The translations under genes and the position numbers were made by a program. The notes under the pieces were generated by a model, which saw only the letters and a list, made by a program, of their open reading frames with translations, was not told the origin of the DNA and did no database searches. A DNA stretch of 32,000 nucleotides from Erysipelothrix inopinata (GTDB lineage: Bacteria; Bacillota_I; Bacilli_A; Erysipelotrichales; Erysipelotrichaceae): contig NZ_CP060715.1 in assembly GCF_014396165.1 (NCBI RefSeq), positions 90,001-122,000 of the forward strand, given 5' to 3'. Within the stretch, counting starts at the first letter, position 1. Every line of letters begins with the position of its first letter. Shown here piece by piece: positions 25,713 through 32,000 of the stretch.

Positions 25713-26954
25713 CTATTTAAGATAAGTTTTAATTGCTTCAGCAGATTTTGTTGCTGCTTCTTGTGGTGTAATTGAACCTTCTAACATTGCTTGTACAATT
25801 GCTTGTACATCTGGCATGAATACACGAGCTTGAGAGTTGATAACACCAGGACGTGCAATCTTAGTAAACTCTGCCATTTGTTTCATTTCTGGATTGTTAT
25901 CATAAATTGATAATGCTGCTTCACGTGCAGGAATAAATCCAGTAACCGTGTTGAATTCTTTCATGTTTTCTTCGTTAGTCATCACTTTGAGGAACTCAAC
26001 TGCTTTTTCTTTATTTGCTGATCCATTCGATACAACGAAAGCTCCAGTAGTACCAAATGTTGTTTCTACTTCTTCTTTCAATGGTGAACCAATTACAAAC
26101 TCAACATTGTTTTCTTTAGCTGATGCAATGAGATTATTTGCAGCCCACGCAGCCATTACTTTACCTTCTAAGAATAAAGGTGCTGAGTCTTCAACTGTGA
26201 TTGAATCTTTTGAGATGAATCCATCTTTGTACCATTGATTAATTTGAGTAAATGCTTTAACTGATTTTTCATTATCAATGAAAACTTCATTCTTATCATT
26301 TGCGATATCACCACCTGCTTGCCAGATTAGTGGGTATAGTGAAGAGTTAAGTGTATTACCACCATCGTATGTACGTGCGTAGTAACCTTTCTCTACAGCT
26401 TTTTTACCAAGTTCATTAAACTCTGCCCATGTCTTCGGTAAGTTATTAACATCAGCTCCAATTTCTTCTAGAATTTTCTTATTATAGAATAGTGATTGTG
26501 ATTCGCGTAAGATTGGTAATCCGTATAATTTATCTTTATATTTTACAGCTTGAATACTCGTATCTGAGAAACCTTCAAGATCTTTAGCAGGAACCATGTC
26601 ATCAATACTTGCAATTAAATCTTTATCCGCAAATTGAGTTACTTGGTCAGGAATTAAGTAAAAAATATCAGGTCCTTGTTTTGCAGCAAGTGTCGTTGTA
26701 AGTTTTTGTTCACGGTTTGCCCAAGGAATTTCTTCAAATGTTACGGTTGCATTTGGATTAGTCTTTTTGAACTCTTCAGTCATTTTTGCATAGACTGCTT
26801 CAATTTCTGATTTCTTTTCAGCACCAACGTAAGGGTGAACCCATACTGTTAAATTTACAGCTTCGTTTGATGTTGCTCCTTTTTTACTGCCACATCCGAC
26901 AAGTGTCAGTAATACTAACGCGACCAACATGGATCGCTTGAAAATCTTAGTCAT
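25713..26954 (-). CDS. Extracellular solute-binding lipoprotein (family 1, CUT1-type)
   Basis: Signal peptide plus lipobox LLTLVGC-GSKK, typical SBP_bac_1-like length (413 aa), and a strong GGAGGA RBS. Confidence 0.9.
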   Translation of the reverse strand: MTKIFKRSMLVALVLLTLVGCGSKKGATSNEAVNLTVWVHPYVGAEKKSEIEAVYAKMTEEFKKTNPNATVTFEEIPWANREQKLTTTLAAKQGPDIFYLIPDQVTQFADKDLIASIDDMVPAKDLEGFSDTSIQAVKYKDKLYGLPILRESQSLFYNKKILEEIGADVNNLPKTWAEFNELGKKAVEKGYYARTYDGGNTLNSSLYPLIWQAGGDIANDKNEVFIDNEKSVKAFTQINQWYKDGFISKDSITVEDSAPLFLEGKVMAAWAANNLIASAKENNVEFVIGSPLKEEVETTFGTTGAFVVSNGSANKEKAVEFLKVMTNEENMKEFNTVTGFIPAREAALSIYDNNPEMKQMAEFTKIARPGVINSQARVFMPDVQAIVQAMLEGSITPQEAATKSAEAIKTYLK

Positions 26955-27329
26955 GCTATATCCTCCTTATATTTCGAAAGCATGCTTGTTTCTATCTGAA
27001 ACAAAGATATTTGATAAGAACTCATGTTTTATTGGAATAATTCTAAACACTGCGTGATTTTGAATCTGTATCAAGGTAGTATTATGAGTGATTGCGATTC
27101 AAAAAATGTTAGAGAATTGATTTCTTGAGGTCATCATTTTGACTAAAACTAGGGCCTTATCACAATTTATATTTAAATTGTCATCAATTTTGCAGAAGTA
27201 TCTACTTCTTAATCCTGTATATCTGCTTCCTCCTTGAATACGCTTCCATTATATCTTTTTTGGTAGGTTTCTAATATTACCTAAATTGCCAAGAATCATA
27301 AAAATATTGCCATCAGAGATTAAATACCT

Positions 27330-27354
27330 AAAAAAAGGCTGATTTCTCAGCCTT
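27330..27354 (-). terminator. Rho-independent terminator of the surface-protein gene
   Basis: Minus strand AAGGCTGA-gaaa-TCAGCCTT followed by T7, 5 nt after the stop codon. Confidence 0.85.
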
Positions 27355-27359
27355 TTCTA

Positions 27360-30329
27360 TCATTCTTTCTTAAATTTCTTGATATTTAGGATTGTGAATC
27401 CAAGCACAATTACACCAATTCCAAGATAGAGTAAATTATTGTTTTGATAAATACCTGTTGCAGGTAATCCTTCTGATTCTGTTTTATTGTCAGTTTCTGG
27501 ATTTACAGGAACAGATGGTTCAATTGGTTCGACAGGATCCACCGGTTCAATTGGGTCTACAGGATCAATCGGGTCTACTGGATCCACTGGATCAATTGGA
27601 TCTACCGGATCGACTGGATCAATTGGTTTTTCCTTTAGCTTTAGACAACTCACTGAATCATTCAGTAAATCAAGTTGCGATTGGATCATTTCTTGAGTGA
27701 CTCGCTTTTCAAATGATTCAAGTGATATTCCGGTGATCATTTCTGCTTCTTGTTTTTCCAACAGACTTAACAGTTCAGAAGTAACTTTAATTTGTTTTTC
27801 TAAGTTTGCCACTGATTCATCGGTGTACTTCGTCGTATCCACTTCCATCGCATGTTTTAATGCATCGTTTATGTACGCAGTTTTACCTTTAATAACTTGA
27901 TGTTCTGATGTGAGTTTTACTGCGTCATAATATGCTCCACTCGTTTGGAAGTAGTTTGATGAACCAAAAGTTACATTTGTATAAACAGCTCCTTCGGGTG
28001 CAATCCCGGAAACGGTTATCTCATTCCATTTTCCATAATCACTACGAATATGTTTTAATGTTTCACCCTCAATATCTTTGCCAACCTGTTTACCACTTTC
28101 ATCAAAGAAACGAATGAACACAGTGTTTTGTCCATCAGTTAAATATTGTTGGACACTAGCCGTGTATTTTACACCTGAGTGTACCGGAATATTATCCGAC
28201 TTTACAAACACAGTTTCTTTATCAGATTGATCAACAATCTTAAGACTGTGCTCGCCTTCATAGGCACGTTCTGTTGTTACTTCAAATGAGACGTTCGCAG
28301 TAACTGCTTCAAAGAGTGATGACCACCCTGGAATTGTAGGATGATTTCCTGATAATTCACGTTTATTATCCATGTCTTCAAACCCACCATTTTTTAGTGG
28401 TTGAATTACTTGTGCATTGATAATTTCATCATTTTCTTCTAATGGGTCCACGTCAACAATTCGGATTTTTTCGATGTCATTTGGAGCATTTTGTAAGATA
28501 TAAATTGCTTGTTTTCCTTCAGCATCTTTGCTGAGTGTCATAAAGTCTACTTCTTTATCTGTAAGAATACGTGTGTGTTTCCAATCTTCTGTACTTGGAT
28601 CAACAACTGTCATTCTTCCAGCTAAGTCAGTATATAACAATCCATCTTCACCAAATTCAATATGAACCGGGCGCCACATCCCACGATTTTTTACGTCTGG
28701 GTAAATATCTTTATGCTTAGTAAATGACATTGTTTCTGGATCCATAGTAAACAGCACACCGTCTACCGCTCCCCATAGTTGTCCAGACTCATCAAATGTA
28801 AGTCCACTGATCATAGGTGTCTTTTGAATCTCTGGGAATGGAATTTCAATTTCTTTTACTTTTTCTTGTTTTTCAATATCCCAAACAAATATCACAGGTT
28901 TGCTTGCCATATCATCTGCTGATGCATCCAAACCACCTCTAATAGTGGTGGAGCCAAAGATTAAATTACCACGTTTTGCAAGCCCAACAATACTTTGGTT
29001 TTGAACAACGTTACGGTGAACTTCTTTTTCTTTTGTTTCGGGATTATAGAGTGCGAGTACGCCTCCTAATTCTTTATAATAAGGAATCGTTCCCATCATC
29101 AATAATCCATCTTGATAATCCATAATGTAGGGACGATCTTGAACATATTCATCTTTTAGATTAAATAATGTCTTAGATTCCAGTGTTTGTGTATCAAACT
29201 CTTGAATGATTGCCCCACTATAGAGTCCAAAATACATCTTATTTCCTTCACCAGCAGTCATTCCTTCAGCTTGCATTTGATTAAAGATATTTTTAGTATT
29301 GGTCTTTAGATTAACTTGCATCCCTTTAGGACCGCCTGGATAGGAGGATACATAAAGATTTCCATCATTATCTTTGCCTAAATTATGAAGCAACACCGGT
29401 GTTCCTTTTAATATGTTTTCTGTTTCATGATATTTACCGGTATCAAGATTAAAATGTGCTACATCTCCAAGTCGTTTTAGTGATACAAATTCTAAGCCTT
29501 CTTTAGATTGATACACAGCACCTCCACGGTGACCTAAGAATGATCCACCTACTGGTTTTGCTTCAAGTGTTTCAAGATCTACTTCATGTAATTTACGCTC
29601 ATATGTAACGTAGGTCTTGTTGTTATGAACTGCAAGTTGATCCCAACCGAACGCACCAAAATCATCAGGTCCCCCGTCATGTTTTTTCTTTAATGTTTTC
29701 TCTTCCCATTTTTCTTCAATGAGATTATAGAAGAGAATCGCCCCTTCGCCATTATCGTCAAAACGTGCCACGAGATAGTTTTCTGCCACTCCCATATTGT
29801 AGACATGGTTTAGATTTTCTTTATCATTAGGTTTATCAATGATATCATAAGCATTTTTAGTGATATCTTCTTTTTCACCTGTCACAGCATTCATTTTGAT
29901 AACACGAGAGCGTACTCCCGTGCCAAGATAAACATAACCATCATGATACGCAATCGAGCGAACGTACCCTGTTTCATTACCTTCAGTGGCTTTACCCATG
30001 TTTTTAAATGTCCCAAGCTCAACATCGTATTTAACAACACTACCTTCGTGTTCTTTATGAGTACCGATATAAACATTTCCTACATCATCCGTTGTAATTG
30101 ACCAGAATTGATGTCCAGGCATCGGTGTTCCTAAAAGTTCAACATTCTTCTCATTAGGTTTATATCGATAGAGTTGACCATCGTTATTAGGGCCTAATGC
30201 TGCAATATAGACATTCCCTTGTGCATCCGCTGTATGTCCCCAAGATTGTGATACTCCTGGCATTAACTGTGAATACACAAGTGTGTTTGATTCAACATCC
30301 AGAGCATTAAAATATCCACCATTCGTCAT
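27360..30329 (-). CDS. LPXTG-anchored surface protein body: beta-propeller repeats + CBM/galactose-binding-like domain + helical stalk + P-x-D/E spacer
   Basis: The C-terminus has LPATG, a hydrophobic helix and KKFKKE (sortase signal). Before it come 12 P-[IV]-[DE] triplets. The N-terminal ~640 aa carry recurring blade motifs (GNVYIAALG, GNVYIGTH, GYVYLGTG, GNLYVSSYPGG, GQLWGAVDG, GLLYTDLAG). NGGFEDMD...GWSS...EGEHSLKI resembles CBM4_9-type modules. The frame is actually open up to 30467, with no signal peptide in this frame. Confidence 0.85.
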   Translation of the reverse strand: MTNGGYFNALDVESNTLVYSQLMPGVSQSWGHTADAQGNVYIAALGPNNDGQLYRYKPNEKNVELLGTPMPGHQFWSITTDDVGNVYIGTHKEHEGSVVKYDVELGTFKNMGKATEGNETGYVRSIAYHDGYVYLGTGVRSRVIKMNAVTGEKEDITKNAYDIIDKPNDKENLNHVYNMGVAENYLVARFDDNGEGAILFYNLIEEKWEEKTLKKKHDGGPDDFGAFGWDQLAVHNNKTYVTYERKLHEVDLETLEAKPVGGSFLGHRGGAVYQSKEGLEFVSLKRLGDVAHFNLDTGKYHETENILKGTPVLLHNLGKDNDGNLYVSSYPGGPKGMQVNLKTNTKNIFNQMQAEGMTAGEGNKMYFGLYSGAIIQEFDTQTLESKTLFNLKDEYVQDRPYIMDYQDGLLMMGTIPYYKELGGVLALYNPETKEKEVHRNVVQNQSIVGLAKRGNLIFGSTTIRGGLDASADDMASKPVIFVWDIEKQEKVKEIEIPFPEIQKTPMISGLTFDESGQLWGAVDGVLFTMDPETMSFTKHKDIYPDVKNRGMWRPVHIEFGEDGLLYTDLAGRMTVVDPSTEDWKHTRILTDKEVDFMTLSKDAEGKQAIYILQNAPNDIEKIRIVDVDPLEENDEIINAQVIQPLKNGGFEDMDNKRELSGNHPTIPGWSSLFEAVTANVSFEVTTERAYEGEHSLKIVDQSDKETVFVKSDNIPVHSGVKYTASVQQYLTDGQNTVFIRFFDESGKQVGKDIEGETLKHIRSDYGKWNEITVSGIAPEGAVYTNVTFGSSNYFQTSGAYYDAVKLTSEHQVIKGKTAYINDALKHAMEVDTTKYTDESVANLEKQIKVTSELLSLLEKQEAEMITGISLESFEKRVTQEMIQSQLDLLNDSVSCLKLKEKPIDPVDPVDPIDPVDPVDPIDPVDPIEPVDPVEPIEPSVPVNPETDNKTESEGLPATGIYQNNNLLYLGIGVIVLGFTILNIKKFKKE
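27517..27626 (-). repeat. Tandem 9-nt (higher-order 27-nt) repeat encoding (P-[IV]-[DE]) x12
   Basis: Plus strand shows iterated GGWTCNAYNGG units (ggttcaatt ggttcgaca ggatccacc ggttcaatt gggtctaca ggatcaatc gggtctact ggatccact ggatcaatt ggatctacc ggatcgact ggatcaatt). Confidence 0.9.
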
Positions 30330-30394
30330 TGAATATGCATATAATTTGCCATTATATTCCGCAAATGTAGCGCTTATTACACTTGTTACTGTAT

Positions 30395-30565
30395 CTATTT
30401 GATTTCCGGTAGCTTCTGGTTCATAAAACCCCGGCCACTCAATACAGCATCTGGTTTTTCTGTTTCCTCAGAATCAGCATGAATTGTAGCGGTTGGTATT
30501 GTAGAAACAAACGCCATAAATAAAGCTAAAATTGATATGCTAAAAGATTTGATAAATCGAGTCAT
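30395..30565 (-). CDS. Signal-peptide-bearing N-terminal fragment (56 aa) of the surface protein, out of frame with the body
   Basis: AAGGAGA RBS, then MTRFIKSFSISILALFMAFVSTIPTATIHA/DSEETEKPDAVLSGRGFMNQKLPEIK*: a classic Sec signal with an AXA-like cleavage site. It overlaps the open upstream part of the 989-aa ORF frame (open to 30467). Confidence 0.7.
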   Translation of the reverse strand: MTRFIKSFSISILALFMAFVSTIPTATIHADSEETEKPDAVLSGRGFMNQKLPEIK

Positions 30566-30727
30566 TTCTTTCTCCTTTTATAAGAAAATATGTTCACGCT
30601 AACATAGTTTCTGAATTACGGAAATTGTTCACTCATCTCAATTTCACTCAAAGCATATCATGTAGGCGCTTTCAATATTAGATAGAATATTGCGCAACTT
30701 TATTAAATTCTTGCACTTCAACCATAC

Positions 30728-30759
30728 AAAAAGTAGACTTCTTAACTTAAGAAGTCTAC
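30728..30759 (-). terminator. Rho-independent terminator
   Basis: Perfect 11-bp stem GTAGACTTCTT / AAGAAGTCTAC (30733-30759), followed on the minus strand by T5. Located 16 nt after the stop of the upstream gene. Confidence 0.85.
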
Positions 30760-30775
30760 CTCTACCACCGTGAAA

Positions 30776-31945
30776 CTACTCTAATTTAAAGTTTATTACT
30801 TCTGGTTCTGTTCTGTACTTATCATTATTCTGCTCAAGAGGTGCATCTACGATCATCAGAAATTCATCACCAATCTTGACAACAGTAATAATTTCAAGGA
30901 TATTCTCAGGAAATTCGATTGGAACAAGTGAATTTCTTTTCTGATCCAATAAGTACATCTTTTTTTTGTAATTATCTAAAAAGATAATATTATCTTCATC
31001 AAGATAGATTGCTTCTCTATTCATTTTATCCTTGATGATGTTTGTTATTTCTCCACTACGTAAGTCATAACGATTAAACGAACTTACTTCATCATTATCT
31101 GAAGTATAGTAGATTGTATCATCTATTTTCCATGATGCTATCACTCTAGATGGAATTGTAACTGTTTTAACACCGTCCTCATAGTAGTATATGATAGAGT
31201 CACTTTTATTAGATAGTGTTTGTGTGAATGTATTATTTCCACAGCTGAGAGAAGCTGATCTATCATACCTTTCATCATCACCAGCATCAAAGTAGTTATT
31301 AAAAATATCGTTGCTCTCCTGACTTATACCGCTACCATTAATACTCCATAAGGATCCAGAAATAACTTTTTTACCATCTTTTTTTTCATCACCCATTGAA
31401 TATGTATAATATTCATCATTAACCTTACAGAACTTGAATTCTCCCCACACTGGGTGGCTTTCAAAATCCAAGAGGGTTATTCCATTTTGTTTGTTTCCAT
31501 CTAAGACTCTAACTCTCAATTTATCTTCGAAATCGTTCATTACTAGTATTAAATTTGATTCGGTTGAGTCATATATAAAACCATCAACATTCTGATATAG
31601 CTGAGCACTTTTTCGTGTTTTAAGATCAAATTCATAAACTTGATTTTCTGTTCTAATCAAATTATCGGGTATCTCTTTTGAATAAATACTAAATCTTAAT
31701 TTATCGTTTTTAATATTTTCGTGTCTAATAAAATCAGTATCTTTAAAGTTTGCGTCAGAATCAAAATAATCTTTAAGCAAAATTCTCTCCTTAATGATTA
31801 GCTTTCTTTCCTGTTCCACAGTAAGTATATCATATACTTTTTCGGGATCATCTCTTGAAAATTTACGTCCTACTAATGAGAGACACAACAAAAGTATGAG
31901 TGTTATGAGTACTATCATGAATGTTTTATTCTTTTTGTTTACCAT
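30776..31945 (-). CDS. Hypothetical N-terminally TM-anchored extracytoplasmic protein (beta-rich, possibly propeller-like)
   Basis: AGGAGG RBS. KNKTFMIVLITLILLLCLSLVG is a signal-anchor. The remainder is Asp/Asn/Tyr-rich with recurring IYY/YYT-type strands (IIYYYEDG, TIYYTSDND, AIYLDEDNIIF). No catalytic motif recognised. By eye it looks more AT-rich than its neighbours. Confidence 0.6.
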   Translation of the reverse strand: MVNKKNKTFMIVLITLILLLCLSLVGRKFSRDDPEKVYDILTVEQERKLIIKERILLKDYFDSDANFKDTDFIRHENIKNDKLRFSIYSKEIPDNLIRTENQVYEFDLKTRKSAQLYQNVDGFIYDSTESNLILVMNDFEDKLRVRVLDGNKQNGITLLDFESHPVWGEFKFCKVNDEYYTYSMGDEKKDGKKVISGSLWSINGSGISQESNDIFNNYFDAGDDERYDRSASLSCGNNTFTQTLSNKSDSIIYYYEDGVKTVTIPSRVIASWKIDDTIYYTSDNDEVSSFNRYDLRSGEITNIIKDKMNREAIYLDEDNIIFLDNYKKKMYLLDQKRNSLVPIEFPENILEIITVVKIGDEFLMIVDAPLEQNNDKYRTEPEVINFKLE

Positions 31946-32000
31946 TTTGTCCTCCTATTATAAATTCAGGAATTCATTAGATAATACTTAATAGTTAAGG

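Noticed and set aside
288-26238. Numerous 60-120-aa ORFs antisense to or nested inside long genes (e.g. 288-614, 1683-2012, 3378-3686, 6126-6443, 7146-7452, 12166-12444, 16317-16577, 19324-19811, 24073-24441, 25948-26238)
   Set aside because: They are shadow ORFs of well-supported genes on the opposite strand or in another frame. Their composition is low-complexity or Cys/Phe/Ile-rich, which is typical of AT-rich antisense. They lack RBSs and recognisable motifs.
27458-27700. Plus-strand ORFs (80 aa and 69 aa) with a striking GSIGSTGSTGS... Gly-Ser repeat that looks like a collagen-like or linker protein
   Set aside because: They are the antisense reading of the 9-nt P-x-D tandem repeat inside the LPXTG protein gene. 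They have no RBS, and the minus-strand frame continues into a bona fide sortase signal.
30425-30432. Phase variation by slipped-strand mispairing at the G4/T4 tract of the surface-protein gene (and at G4/A4, 7811-7818, in ttcA)
   Set aside because: Tracts of four bases are much shorter than the 7 or more residues usually needed for appreciable on/off switching. Mutation or sequencing error is more parsimonious.
1-32000. Whole-window scan for CRISPR arrays, tRNA/rRNA genes, prophage modules, restriction-modification genes or other canonical defence genes
   Set aside because: There are no regularly spaced direct repeats other than the 9-nt coding repeat, and no cloverleaf-like GC-rich segments. 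No methyltransferase, helicase or nuclease motifs appear among the ORFs. The only mobile DNA seen is the IS3 element at the left edge.

Overview
Low-GC Gram-positive (Bacillota-type) chromosomal segment, judged from an LPXTG sorting signal, AGGAGG-type ribosome-binding sites (RBS) and hairpin plus T-run terminators. It holds about 30 genes, mostly accessory transport and carbohydrate functions. All family calls come from motifs read in the translations; no database or HMM search was possible.

Gene order, left to right:
- The 3' part of an IS3/IS150-type insertion sequence, with OrfA/OrfB and an A7 -1 slippery site.
- A TetR + ABC-2 exporter operon.
- An unannotated 53-aa membrane ORF.
- A ChbF-like GH4 6-phospho-beta-glucosidase plus a Cof-type HAD phosphatase, divergent from a 7-bladed lactonase.
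- A TtcA-like PP-loop ATPase frameshifted inside its SGGKDS motif.
- DJ-1/PfpI, then endonuclease IV.
- A stand-alone LytTR regulator plus a LiaF-domain membrane protein, followed by a BceB-type permease with no ATPase gene.
- DUF1294 plus a 2-TM protein.
- An AraC-linked operon of a GlvA-like GH4, a Lac/Chb-family PTS EIIC and ChbG.
- An 8.3-kb operon: binding protein, two permeases, MDR-fold, SDR-fold, DapA-like, Gfo/Idh/MocA and M20 amidohydrolase genes.
- A roughly 1068-codon LPXTG beta-propeller/CBM-like surface protein whose signal peptide is out of frame with the body.
- A TM-anchored hypothetical protein.

I saw no rRNA, tRNA, CRISPR, prophage or recognisable canonical defence system.

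Best candidates for new biology:
- (a) The importer-plus-redox-plus-amidohydrolase operon and the surface protein upstream of it.
- (b) The LytTR/LiaF-like/orphan BceB-like envelope module.
- (c) The mixed GH4-EIIC-ChbG operon.

Both frameshifts are single missing bases at short homopolymer junctions, so assembly error must be excluded first.
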